A stretch of 59,380 bases of DNA, filler included, from Sphacelaria rigidula (lineage: Eukaryota): the NCBI GenBank assembly GCA_964200075.2. It is 8 parts of 8 records of this genome, joined end to end, with 100 filler letters (N's around TTAATTAATTAA, not from the genome) between each part and the next. Parts side by side here need not be neighbours in the genome. Positions count along the whole stretch, not along the records: positions 7,436 to 14,770 come from CAXNAA020015384.1; positions 14,871 to 22,205 come from CAXNAA020015385.1; positions 22,306 to 29,640 come from CAXNAA020015386.1; 5 more parts are not named here. One strand, written 5' to 3'. The notes beneath the pieces were generated by a model, which worked only from the letters and a program-made list of their open reading frames with translations, made no database searches and was not told where the DNA came from. The translations under genes and the position numbers were made by a program. The first letter of the stretch is position 1. Each line of letters opens with the position of its first letter. Shown here piece by piece: positions 11,298 to 24,192 of the stretch.

Positions 11298-12309
11298 GTG
11301 TACTCAGGTCTAAATATATATATATATATATATGTACGGTTCGATTCCGGAGACTAGACATCCTGGTTCTTCACGAGAAGCATCTGATTTACATCGTTGA
11401 AATGTGAGGACGAACATGAGCAACAAGGAAAGCTTGTTTGACGGAGATCGACGCGATGCGGGGGAGAATTTTTCTTTGTCCAATGAAAGCGCCGACTTGT
11501 CCTGAGGAACGGAAGGGATTGAAAGCGTACAGAATGACGTGAACAACAACATGGAGCCGAAGAGCGCCGCGCGCCGCGCTCCGCGCGCGGGGGGGGGGGG
11601 GAGGGGGCACGACTGGTACATCAATGGCTCCTTAACGTCAATCAACGCGGCAAATCGCGTGTTCTAGTCATTACAAACACCGTGCTCTTTTGCGACGGTA
11701 GATTCTAGTACCGTCGTTCTTCCGTCATTGAAGGTGAGTCGCAATAAGAACATCTGACGGACGTGAACGCCATTCGGAAGTGCTTCTCCGATCCCCTCTT
11801 GTGCCCAAAAATGACGAGGCGTATTCCTGGGGCAGAATGGGTTCATCTCGAAGAGCGCGGACTTGTCCGTCCCGAGGACGGGAGTGGTTTTGAAAAAAAG
11901 TAAAAGTGGATGTTGCCAAGGGATCCTCAATAAGGGTACACTTATTCGAAGGCAAAACGAGGTACGAAAAGAAAAAAGACATGGGTGAATATATGGGTTA
12001 TCGTCATCCATCAGACCAAAACGACTCAGCAATGTGAAAAAAAAGGCGGTATCACAAAAATCTCTTTCACATGAAAACCTACTCACCACGGCACACAGGC
12101 ATGACACCGTACAGATGAACCCCCACACACACTAAAAAAACGGGAGGGTCAATAACCTCTCAAAAGAAAAACCCTGACAAAGGTCGCGTGCAATACTACA
12201 CCATCTCTTACCGTCTTTACCCATCTATCCTGGGTGCCGGCCTACACATTTCGGTACATGTGGGCGCATCACCCAGGATCACAGCAGGAAGGACAACACA
12301 GGACTTCCG

Positions 12310-12562
12310 TTATTTTCTTTCGCTTTCAGTACTCCACCTTCATCTTGCGACGCTTGTCCTACTTCTTAATCGCGAGGGGGGTTCAGCGGTTCCTCTCCCT
12401 CGTCGACCGTGAAGTCACTATTTATGTATCCATATCACATAGTAGCTCTCCACTGCTGGGCATGGTGTGAGAAAAAAAATACAGCTCGTGTGACTTCACC
12501 GAAATTCGAACCCACAACCCGACCGTCACGATATTTCGCGGTTACCAACTGAGCCACCGAGG
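12310..12562 (-). mobile_element. tRNA-derived SINE, family 1 (within the EamA intron)
   Basis: Colinear with 255-522; A box TGGCTCAGTTGG and B box GGTTCGAATT on the minus strand. Confidence 0.85.
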
Positions 12563-13030
12563 TGTGTATGTATGGTTCTAATAGCATACGTTGATATATA
12601 CATGGTATCAATTCAGTGCAAAGTCGTTATGTACGACTACAATTTGCCAGGTTGTGTACGGCAGCCGCCGCGACCCGTTGGTAAGGACGTTGTATCGCCA
12701 ATTCGTATCCCCTCTTGTGACCTCCTGGGCCAGGGGAGGAAGGGGCGATGGAGGATCAGAGCGCGTTTCGACGTGGGTCTGCGACGATTACGAATGTAAA
12801 GCACAATGATAAAACACCAACAGTGACGATCGAAGAAGCCACGACGGGCTGGAAGCATATACTACTAGTCTAGCCCAAAAGCAAGAAAACTAAATGAGAA
12901 CAGTCTCGGAGGTTGCTGTCAGCTCCTCGTCGATCCATCTATTCATTCATTGATTTGGCAGCATCAAAATACACATTGAAAAAAATAAAAAGGTAAAAAC
13001 CACGAACGCCTCTGTGACTAGGAAACTGAC

Positions 13031-13198
13031 CTCGATCTGGCCCGTCAACCGGAAGTCTTCCAGCTGGACCCCCGAACACGCGCACAGGACCATTGTAAAC
13101 ACAGTGCCCACAGCATAGTACCACGCTGTGAGCGTCGCCGGAGGGTACACGGCGAGCATGGGCTTTTGGACAACAAACAGTGTAGCCATAGATGCGCA
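13031..13198 (-). CDS. EamA / WAT1-related transporter internal exon
   Basis: 56 codons: CASMATLFVVQKPMLAVYPPATLTAWYYAVGTVFTMVLCACSGVQLEDFRLTGQIE, matching the Q-x-P-x-L-x-x-YP...TA motif of WAT1/MtN21 proteins. Acceptor TACAG, donor GTCAGT, phase 0/0. Confidence 0.88.
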
Positions 13199-14535
13199 CT
13201 GTACCGTAGGTGGAACGTAGTTGCCGTTCAGTCGCCGGCAACAACCCACAAACGAAAACGACAGAAGCAGTGAGTGGGGGGGAGGGGAAGGGGGATTTGA
13301 TGCATGCAAGCCTTCTCGTACAAGACGTTCGTCCACATTGCGAAAGTACGACACAGCAACAACAACGAGAAAGTGCTTTATGTATGTAGTCGCCATAATG
13401 CAGTGTTACACAGCACAACACAGCAGAGTAAGATTACAATTTTTTAGACGTAATAAGAAACTTCAAAACTGACTTCCACAACAGCCCGCCTGCGAGAGAC
13501 TGGAGACGTCACCCCAACTCTCAAAACGGATCCAGGGCGTGGGAAGGGGGACAGAGCACGGCATGACAGTGAGAAGCATTCTCATTGATCACAACACTTG
13601 TCTACGTTTCTTGATAGAGCAAAGCGGGCCTCAAAGACGATTTGATAGACGACTATATCCAACACCGTATGTGCGCATTGACATTTACCAAGAGGCGGTT
13701 TTTACTCCCCCAATTCATCACCTAAAATAGACGGTTGTTGACACATCTTGGTATTCCTCGAATCCTGGCTCTAAACCTGACCACATGCCGTACCATCAGG
13801 AATATTCAGAATCTCGGGGAAAACGATAGTTCAGAAGATATCCTAGGCAACGTATGCACCAGCAAACAAAGCTCAAATCGGCAGAGCCGGGTTTACCTGA
13901 GCTCAGCGACCAAAGCCCATGGTTGAACACACAACGATTTCTTCTCCTTGTTTTATTCATCAAACCATAACGCTTTCGCTAACCCTTTACCCGAACCCAA
14001 ACACAAGACAGACCTAGTACCCTCGGGCAAGTGTGGCGTGTTCTAGCTCAAATCGATCGCCAAAACACGTACTGCGCACGCTGGGTCCGGCAATGGGACT
14101 GGAGGCTCTCTAAACTCCCGAATATGATCGTCCTCACTAAAAAACAACTTTTTGCTCCCCTCGAACCATGAATTTTCATCGCCGAAGTGGCGTTAATTTT
14201 GACTGGAATGAACTTGGACGCGCCGATATTTTACGCCAAGCGTGCCGAGCACGCTGGCCATCGCTTCGGAAGTCTTAGCCCTCCAAGTACAAAACTGTGA
14301 ATTGAAAACATCATGCTCCGACGGTAGACTGGCTACTGGCTACCGCGGCACAGGTATTCGTGCTCTAATCGTGATAGTCTCGGTTCGTGGATGACGTGTA
14401 GAGTACACAAAGCTGGGTAGTCCTCGAGAGAGGACGAGTCTCTCGTTTGGGGACCAGATAGCTAGCGAACCTGTCGAGTCGCGGGAAATGATCCTGGTAG
14501 ATGTTGTCTAGGAGGTAAAAAATACCTAAACTATT

Positions 14536-14604
14536 AATAACGGCTTCGGCGCGAGGGTTGGCACGGTACGGTCGGCGACTCACAGGTTTAGTGTTGGGCG
14601 GCAA
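14536..14604 (-). mobile_element. Ty3/Gypsy pol fragment (pre-RT motif)
   Basis: LPPNTKPVSRRPYRANPRAEAVI resembles the P-x-x-x-P-V-x-x-R-P-Y-R motif that precedes Gypsy RT. Confidence 0.6.
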
Positions 14605-14717
14605 GGGAGACGTTGCGTAGTTCCACTTGATCAATCTATAGACATTTCTCATTTCTTGTATTTCCAACACGGACGTCAGACACCCGCGCTGAACATAGGG
14701 GGTGTATTCTATTACTT

Positions 14718-14770
14718 TGCCACAGGGGCAATTCTGTCGATCTACTTCCTCCTCCTTTCGACGACTACTA
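14718..14770 (+). repeat. Probable LTR terminus (TGCCACAGGGGC...), shared with 41879-41927 on the minus strand
   Basis: ~50-nt near-identical match between fragments 2 and 6; similarity stops sharply at a TG/CA dinucleotide. Confidence 0.55.
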
Positions 14771-14870
14771 NNNNNNNNNNNNNNNNNNNNNNNNNNNNNN
14801 NNNNNNNNNNNNNNTTAATTAATTAANNNNNNNNNNNNNNNNNNNNNNNNNNNNNNNNNNNNNNNNNNNN

Positions 14871-14948
14871 ATCCCTGATCGCTCCGAGAATCGAACCCCA
14901 CAACTCAACCACCAGAAGGTTACGAGGTTACCAACTGAGCGACCGGCC
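14871..14948 (-). mobile_element. tRNA-derived SINE family 1 head, cut by fragment start
   Basis: GCTCAGTTGGTAACCTCG...GGGTTCGATTCTCGG on the minus strand. Confidence 0.75.
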
Positions 14949-15249
14949 GCAGGTGCAATGAAATTTAGTATACGATGCAGTACGGTGGCGCACGGTATGG
15001 TATATCACAGACTCGCTGCTCCTATTGCACCGTCAATGCTGTCCTGACCTGTCAAGTTTCGAACTGGACGCTGGTCAATCGCATATTCGGCGGGGCGACC
15101 TGCGGCCAATCACTGCCACGAAACATTCCACGTCAGGTCACGTCACAATAGCTTCCGCTATGAACTTTTCAGCGTTCCTTTGAGCTTCCAAACGTTTCGA
15201 CTCTAAAGTTCTTCCACTCGGACTTTACGGCGACAAAAAATGTTATTAG

Positions 15250-18200
15250 AACGAGTCACTTGTGGTAGAATTCAGGAGAAGGGCTGACAACAATTACTTG
15301 CCATCAGGAGGTTAGATCAAGGGATAGAAGTGTGAATTTTTTTTGTCCAAGAAAGATAGCAGCTTGCGTTTGACGATTCCGGTCTTCCCTATCCCTGACA
15401 CATATCCGAGCAACATCCAGTTCTCTGCTACAAGAAGAGACTGCGTGGTTTATTATGTCTGGGGCAAAAATGCGCCTGTAAAGACCTTCGACTTCTTTTT
15501 TTTTCTGCACGGCTCAGGTGAGCATGATGACGGCTACGGTGCTTCCTCTCTGAGCCCCCTGTCATTCAAATAGTGAAGTCTGTCTATCGACCGAAAAGCC
15601 TGCTGTAGACAGCGAAGACAGTCTATCCAGACTGCGTTAAACTTCTATCTTCACAACAGGTTACGAGCCTCCCAATAGGCTACGAGCCCATGATTCCACT
15701 AAACTCCAGTAGCAAGTCCTGCCGCGTGTAAACGTAGTCAACACAAAACACACAGATGCGTAGCTACTGTACCCTGTGCGGTAGGCCCCAACATCGTAGA
15801 ACCTACTGGTATCCTCGTCACGCGAAAAATCTAGTTTTCACTACTGTCTATGCTGCGACGGTTTGTGGAATTAAAGATTCGGCCGGGCATTTTCTTGTCC
15901 CCCCAATACGTTGACGAGTTGGGAAACCGGACGAGAACCGCGATGTCGGGGGTAAAATCAGTGGATCACAGTAGTGTCATGAGTCCCTCGCTGTCGTAGT
16001 AGCGGCTCTATTCCTTGAGGCACCCAACTCTCCGACCCCCGAAAGTGGTGAAGGAAGTCGATGTATACGATAGAAACCTGAGGATGCTTCCAATTAATGT
16101 GGCTAAAAGCAAAAAGGTGAGGTGAAGGCAGCACAAGACAACGAGCATTTTGAATCGTGATTGATCCCTGGTTGTGAACACAGGTCGTCGTCGGTCCCGG
16201 CGTGACAGGTGGCGACTTGGCAACGTTCTTCGACGCCGAAGAGAGGTGAGAGTTATCACCTCCGGTCGTCGAAAGCGAAGTGGGGTCGTAAGACGACTAG
16301 GCCATTGGGCTTGTGAACTGTCTCTTAGCAGCTGTAAATCACGTTCGGTTTGGCTGTGAAACGTAGCAGTTTCCGCTGCCTTGAGAGGTTCGGGTCTGCC
16401 TTCATATCCCACGTCCACAAAGTCTGCTTCTGCATCTAGGCATCCGCTTATACCGACATCCCAGCAGGGAGCTGCTCATCACGGATGTCGCCGGGGATCT
16501 GATGATCACCCTGATCGACCCTCATTGATGTCTGCATGTTGCTGGCTCGCGATTCCTCTGGTTTAGGGGCGAGTGGCGCGGAATGTACCTCGCGTCAGAT
16601 GTGGTCTTGGAATCTGTGACGTATGGCGGAGTAATAAACACGTTCTGCCACGGGACCGGTCAAACTCAGGTAACAACAAGGGTTCCACTTCGTTAGTTCA
16701 GCGAGTTGACGGGCCGATTCCAGAAAGGGGATATAGTTTTACCTGTGTGATGAAAGTCGTTACCTCCTCCGAGTGGAGCAGGAGTAAAACATTGTCGGTT
16801 ACGAGATGAAAATGCGTTGTCCTATCCGCAGTAGCATGTCGTTACGGTGGGTAATCACCATCGGATTTGATTCGTGACATGTACGCGAGCAGGAGCGCCG
16901 CAAAAATGGATATGACACACACGCCATTGAGCGAGTCGGCTATTTCGAACCCTCGAGGTCGAAACGCACGCTGTCCTCCTGAGGTGACAGCAGAAAACAA
17001 AAGCCGTCCATGTCGTTGCCCATGTGAACGCCTGGCCGGTTCTTGTTCGTCCAGACTGTCGCGGACTACGTCATAGAGACGAGCATCATCAAGTTCGACG
17101 GCACGCAGGTGGACTTGAGGCGAAAAGACGACCCAAAGGACTTTGCACTGAAAGTTGCGCATTTCGGCCTGCTCGGCATCACTATCTGTAAGGATGTATT
17201 TTGCCGGCTAAATTTCAAACAAGCGATGGAAACGTGGTTTCTGGAGCTCATCCATCGCGCAACAAGGCCCGTCAGTTTGACACGAACTCGTCTGCTAGAC
17301 GCGGTCAATCAACTCGATATTATTGCACAGTTCTTGTCGGGTGCGGAAACGGCTGTAGTTATGTTCCACTCGGAACACAATATTTGTTCGACAGGCGACC
17401 GTAACGCCTCTTCAACCGCGAGGCTCATTGTTCATGGTATCATGGAATAATGTTACAGGCTGGATTGAGTAAGCGAATATGTAGTGAGTTCGAGTGGCCG
17501 TTTTATTCGATTCGATTGACATGGGGATGCTGACATCAATCGGTGCTGACCCATCTATCGCAGTTTTCGACAGCTCTCTCACATCTGGTGTTCAAGCATT
17601 CCGACCCACTTGCCTCTCAGGACAGTCAAACGTTTGATGCATTGCCGGCAATTTAACAACGACCAATTCTTGCATTTTCTATACACATTTATTCAGTGCA
17701 GTGCTCGCATATTGACGCAGGTCGTGTACCCCGTCGTTCCCCGTTGCCTTCGTTTACCAATCACGCGCAGCTTACACTCTTCAGCTGGACAGTAAGCGAA
17801 CGGCAATAAGAGTTACTGACTCGAAATCTTTGGCCCGCGAGAAATTTCTCAGCATGGGCATGACACCGGAGACAGCCGGTCACAACCCCTTGCTAGACAT
17901 GTGGCGCAACCACTACGCCGTCGAGATATTCTACTTTGCCGCGTCTAGCCTTCAGATCACGAACGCCACGAGGTGGGTGTTGGAGGCCGTGGGTGTCGAT
18001 TTCGCCCCTGTCTTCAGTTTAGTGGCTTCTCTCCGTAAATATGGAGCGTCGGTGTAGCAATGACGTAGATGCGTTCACAAGTGAAATATATGTCCGACCA
18101 TTTCAGTGGCTACCCCCATTTTCACCCCCAAGTTGCAAGGTCCTGCATTATCATGCAACCTTCATCCACTACATGGCTTTCTCACATGGATATCCATCTG

Positions 18201-18400
18201 GTTTACCGCATGTTGCACCTCTCGAGAATACGAAATGTATTGAATCAATACTCCTTAGCTGGTAACCTGCAAAGGAAAGGAGAAAGTGTGTGCCTTTCCC
18301 CCTCGCGTAGCTTGTGTCCAGGTGGGTCCTCATGCCAAATGCACACCGCACACAGAAGGATACAAATGAGGCAATCCTCTTAGGTCGACCACACTGATAA
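15250..18400 (-). mobile_element. Highly decayed Ty3/Gypsy pol (RT, RNase H, integrase order)
   Basis: Weak motif remnants on the minus strand across frameshifts and stops: KVEYLDGVVV (~17915, RT C-terminus like), KYILTD (~17185) and NRPGVHMGNDMDG (~17005-17045, resembling the RNase H end YRPG..GNADxLSR). Boundaries are approximate. Confidence 0.4.
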
Positions 18401-18816
18401 TACCTTCCCTACGGTACGCACTATTGTTGTGCAACCCGCTGGGTGAGTATGAAGAAACCAAAGCGTTGCCTGGGCTGCTTGACTGCGAATACTACATGGC
18501 ACTGGGCTTTGCTGCAGGTCCTATATAAATTATTGGGAAATCTCTCTTCTCCTCCGGCGACCAAAATAATAATGTATATACTATTATGCACGATCCGAAT
18601 CGTGTTCTACGTAGTCTGATCGTAAATACCTGCGTGTGGTGACGATTCCTCCCGATCCGCAAATCTCAGATCCCGTTAAGCCTTGATCTTCTACGCTACC
18701 CCTCTCGTGAATCTGGCATGTATACGATTAATATAATAGTATTCATGAGCAAGCAGACATGAAAGCAAAGCGTACATGCGAAGCAAACAAGCACCACCAT
18801 AAATGAGGAGGATATC

Positions 18817-18891
18817 TAACCCTGGCCCTAACGAAAGGGGTGTTTAAACTCCGATGCGGTCCCCTAACACGCGGTCCTCCCGCGCATTATA
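18817..18891. mobile_element. Right half of a TGTAATGCG-TIR MITE
   Basis: CTAACCCTGGCCCTAAC...CCGATGCGGTCCCCTAACACGCGGTCCTCCCGCGCATTATA matches the right end of 44268-44478. Confidence 0.75.
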
Positions 18892-19749
18892 ACACCGCAC
18901 GCAAAAGGAAACGAAACCGGCAATCCGTTGTAAGTATCGACGACACAAAGAGTAACTTCCCCGTTTCCCTTCATCATCCAATATACCTTCTCTTTCCAAT
19001 TTTCCCCTAGGCTTTCCATTTAGCAGTGGCCAACTTCATGCAAATAATCTTATCGTTACCCCACCCTACGAGAAAATCGCTGCTACACTCCCGTCGGGTC
19101 CCTTGTTCGGGTTGAATGGCAACCGCTGCGGCATAAACCGCGAGTACCCGAGATGCAACCCCCGAGGCTTCCAATTCAGCTCAAATGTATTTTGTGAAGG
19201 CGCTTCAACGCCAACAGCCTCCTCGCTGAAATACCTCCGGTAGGATGCCGGCGGCCGCAAGACGAGTTGGGCCACCCATACGTCGCGAAATAGAGCGCGT
19301 GTTCTGAGTGGTGTACCAATTATTGTGTACATTTGCGAGAAATGTTTTGGTTGCCTGCTCAGGTGTCCACGCGTTTCACGTTGGCGGTGATATATATGTC
19401 GCCGGCGGGGCACTGGCGTCCAACTCTGGGTGTGTACCGTGGTTACAGCGAGCAATATTTCAAGCCCGCTGCCACTAGTGCCCAGGGTTTGCCCGGGATC
19501 TGATAACTGTCTGTGGATATTGCGGTAGAAATGATCTGTAGAGAGAAGAGCCCCCGGTCTCTTTTGGTCACCGTCGTGCGCCTTGAAGCGAAATTCTACG
19601 CGGTCGGCTGCATGCCACTCAGAGGGTATGTGACCCTGCCTGCAATCCCTCTTGAATACAATCGTCCCTCGTGTAAGGCCGACGTCCTCGTGGATCTTGC
19701 CACTACCGGATGCAAATAGTTACACCGCCCAGCATGAAGAGAAATATGA

Positions 19750-20290
19750 CATGCACGAAGATACTCAGCTCGTCGCGTCCCTCGCCTCATGAGGGACTCA
19801 AAATGTGCCCCCGCCTCAACGTGACCCGGATCAGGAGGCGCCAAATGCGCACCCCTTCGTCGTCCAGGGCACTAGCTGCTCTAACCGGCCTCGACTGCCC
19901 GCAGCTAGTAGTGTGTACAGTTGTACGCCGATCCCGACTAACGTGTAAAAGTAACGTTCCACCGACAATCTACCAATTGTTATGGGCAACTTATTTCGCC
20001 TAGAGAAAAATCAATTACGTTGTTCTGGTTGCATTCCCGGCTTACCTGCGTGCGTACTCGTCGGGTGCTAGGTAATATCGCCACCAGACGGCGAGCTCAG
20101 GGGAACATCTTCCTACTTCTCGCAGAGATGCACCCGAGATCTAGTAACTTGTTACCGGCCGTAAGATGTGACTGAAGATGAGAGAATGCAAGGACACGCC
20201 CTGCCTCAGTAAATCGTGCTAACCTCTTTCCATCATCCGAGGTGGTAGTGCATTTCTCTCCCCACGCATTTCCTCTGGATCGCACGGACG
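19750..20290 (-). mobile_element. Decayed Gypsy-like RT/RNase H junction
   Basis: LARFTEAGRVL...KLLDLGCIS (like xRLxEAGLKL...FLGHxIS), followed by HLAPPDPGHVEAG (like PxLxxPD). Heavily degraded. Confidence 0.3.
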
Positions 20291-23198
20291 TGATCAGATT
20301 CGTAGCGTACTGAATTGACGTCCAAGTCTGTCGCCGATTAAGTAATGAAGGTAGAAGGTAAGAAAGACCCGCTTCACACGAGCTTTGACGGGTTGGCCGT
20401 ACTCTGATGAAAGCTAGGACGATATATAGCGTGTTCCTACATCAGCTTTTACATCGGATAATCCCCAGTTGTGTGTGACGCCACGGTAGGAGTGCACGTT
20501 TCAGTCCAGGACATTTCTGAGTCTGCACACCACGGCCCAAATGTTTGTCATCGGGCGGCTCCTACAACAAAGAGCCTCAGAAAAAAATGATACACCCATA
20601 CCGTGCCATTGCTCTGGTGGAATCACCTTATTCCGTCCTTTGCTAGACGCGACGCTTTGAGTTGCTACGCCGACATTTGCATCAACTGCAACATCCAAAG
20701 CCACGGTACGTGTGACTTCATTAACGCCTGTACCAAAGCGTGCGATTTCACGAATCGTGAAGTGCAGGTCAATGAACCAGCGTGACGCCGATGGCAACAA
20801 CGAATGCGCGTTTATCGTACACCCAGCAGAAATGTTTACAACCCTTTCGACAATCGCGTCAACAAGCGCTCGACTCGCGACCGCCGATACAACAGCAACA
20901 GTCACAATTCTGGTCCTTGCCGAGAGGATGGTTCCTCTCGCAACAACCAGAACTCCGCAGATAGGCACCAGCGGACGGGGCCGACTCACGGTAACTCGAT
21001 CCCCAACACCAAAAACCCTGGTTCCTCACGACCGATCGCGCCGACCCGTGACGTGCCGACGCCGGCTTCCGAAAGTTTTCGGCGCCGTCGATAAAAGTAG
21101 CGGAGATTGTTCCACAGCCTGCGACACAAGCGGCCGTTATTCCTTGCTTAATTCCCCCGGCACTATGTAGGAGCGCCAGTGACGGCCGATCATGTGGTCC
21201 CCCGTCGTCAACCCTCCAAACACAGCGTAACGGTTGTGTTGGCCCACAACTCGCATATACGCTCAGATCCGGACTTGGCCCTTCAGAACCGAGTGTAAAT
21301 CTGAGGGGTAGGAGCACCAGCCGGCGGTCTGTAGGCTTCCCTCAGCGACAGCACGCACACGCAGTAATGGTTTCCTTCGACCGACTCAAGTTTCGCTGGT
21401 TTGAACGTGACAATTTCGGGTCATGAAATCCCTATCCAGCTTGACCGAGCTCCTTCTTCATAATCGTCAAATCGCGCGGAGCTATCCTTCGCCGGCTCTT
21501 GAAGCACCCGTCCTAATTCACCTCCGGCTACGACTTCTTAGCCAACCTTGTCAGCGGAAAGTCCACAAGGATCGTCCGATCACGCCCTGATGTTGACCCC
21601 GTCGCGTACTTCGCGGGCTGTCATTTCTTCCAATATTTACGTCAAAATGTCGTACACGCTAAAATTTGCATGAGTATTCCGAACTTTAGGTGTATCCCGT
21701 ACGTCGGATAGATCGCACAGGAGCATATCGCGCAGCGCGTTACCCGTGTTTCGTGCACAACAGGGCGGCAGAAATCCCACATAGTAGTGACTGAGAGCGC
21801 AGGTCTCTCGTGCAATGTCGACCACCAAATCAAAATTCGAGGGATCGGTTGGCTCAAGCGAAATTAGGTATGTGCAAGGTACACGAGGGGAAACTCACTG
21901 CCAACTATAGCAACAGTACAATTTATGTACCTAGTTAGGATGATTAGGAGACGCCTCGCGAGCACAGCAGACGCCCCTCTCGCATCATGGCCACCGTCAT
22001 TCTTACGTCACGACGGACCCCACCACGGAGACGCGTGAGTGCTGGTACTTCTGTGTTCGTCGCACTCGGTTGAGGGTGGGTATCCTGTGTTGTCGCATCG
22101 CACTTGCTTCCTTGACTTTACGAGTGTCGGCGGGGGGTTAGGGGGGGCGTACCCATTTGTTGCTTGCCTTAGTCGTTTGACCATTGACCACGCATCCCTT
22201 TCGAGNNNNNNNNNNNNNNNNNNNNNNNNNNNNNNNNNNNNNNNNNNNNTTAATTAATTAANNNNNNNNNNNNNNNNNNNNNNNNNNNNNNNNNNNNNNN
22301 NNNNNACCTGGGTGGCAAGGCTTGAATCAGGCCTAGGGATTGATTCGGCACGAGTCGACTCATGATACTAAAACCAAGTAATTTCCAAACGAATCATTAT
22401 TTGTCCGACCCTTGAAACCAACCTTGCGTTCATTTTTTGGACTGGAAAAAAATAGTGCCTATATTCCAGTATGTAGTCGATCTACTCGATCCTGAAAGTG
22501 AACGGATTGAAGTGGTCACATGACCCTTTGACCACCAGGGTTAGAACCCTCAGACCGCGGTGCGGGTAGTCCATTTGGATCAAGGATACTTTTTTTAGGT
22601 GAAAACTGATGCCGATTCAGCAGGTGATTTCACCCTCGGGGTCTAAGGGCTAAGCGCGTGTTGTATGGGCATCATTTTTACTCGGAAAATCGCCATGACA
22701 GCAAAACCCCGATGACCCACCCTGGTGGTCGGGGATCGAGGTTGAGCTCACCACTTGGAAGGGAAAATTATGTCCCGATATGAGATCGCGACATCGTTAC
22801 AACACACGAACAGACCAGAGAATGCATCACACACCTAACAAAGAACTGTTCATCTCTGGTGGAGGCGACCTGAGGATTTGTACGTGAACAATGGTTGGTA
22901 CTATGAAGATGCTGCCAACCCTAACGCGAACCCTAACCCTATCCCCGACCAAGGCACACCGAGAACCATCGGGCAAGGGGGTGCAGGGTGTTCCCTCGGC
23001 AAAGTGTGCGTTGCCAGAGCTCAAATCGACGCCGTTCAGCCGATTTTGGACCAAAACACGTTCTGAACGAGCTGGGTCCACAGCTCACCTGCCCCAGACC
23101 GTGAATTTTCTCAGAACTTTGTTTATTCTAAAATCAAGTAAAATCGACTACCAACCATTGTTTACGTACACATCCTCAGCTCTACTGCTCTGGTGTGT

Positions 23199-23457
23199 GT
23201 CTCGGGCCCCATGGCGAGCCGAACGGCCCACGAACGGCAACAAACTTCAGTAGATATTTGACACTCTGGAGGCGTGGAACTCTCTGTTTTGAGCCCGCTG
23301 GCGAGCCGAACAGCCCACGAACGGCAACGAATTCCATTGAAGATTTTTCACTTGGTGGGCGTGAAACTTTCTCACTTGGTTCGATTTTTAACCTTCATGT
23401 CTCGCGCCCCATGGAGAGCCGAACAGCCCACGGATGGCAACCAGTTTCACTAGAGAT
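23199..23457 (+). repeat. Three dispersed direct repeats with a ~30-bp core TGGCGAGCCGAAC(A/G)GCCCACGAACGGCAAC
   Basis: Cores start at 23212, 23299 and 23412, with unequal spacing (87, 113) and partly similar flanks. Confidence 0.85.
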
Positions 23458-24192
23458 TCACAACGTTGTAAACGTGAACGATTTCTGCTGAATCTGGATC
23501 AATTTTACCTTGAAAAAAGTATAAATGACGCAGGTGGACCACCCGCCTCGCTGTGTAACGGTTCAAGCATGTGGCATTAGCTTTCAACGAGTCAGAACGA
23601 ATGAAAAAGTACGGAGTTACAACCATGAACAAAACCAAATCGTTGCCTTCGAAAAATAGTCAGAATAATTTCTGCCACTTGGGACGGTTGAGTTGGTCCG
23701 ACTTGCCTAGTGTGGAAACCGAAATCCAGATCTTTAATGGGGGTTGTGCTCCTGGCGTGCGCAGAACTCTCCTAGCTGTTTCAAATCGCGCCTGGGGCGC
23801 CGGTTTGAGTTCTGGCAACCCACACTTTGCCTGGGGAACAATTTGCGCCCTCTTTGCCAGAGGATTCTTGGTGTGCCTTCGTCGGGGTTGGGGTGGGTTG
23901 GAGTTGATGTTTTTTTTTCGAAATGATGAATTTCCCAAAAAAAAATCTCAACCGTCCCAAGTGATGAACCCCTGGACCGCACTGCGGGTAGTCCATCTGG
24001 ATCACAATACTTTCTCCAGTGAAACTGATGCCGATTCAACAGATGACCTGCACCCGCTGCCAAAGGGTCAAGATAGATCCTTTACCCATGTTGTCGGAAA
24101 AAAACTGAAAATATAATGGTGCCGGTTCAACAATTGCACACCTCCAGCGATCAAAGAATAGTTCAGCCGTCAAGCCTTCACGTGTGATTTTT

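Noticed and set aside
23199..23457. Mini CRISPR array of three 30-bp repeats
   Set aside because: Spacing is unequal (87, 113), similarity extends into the flanks, and there are no cas genes.
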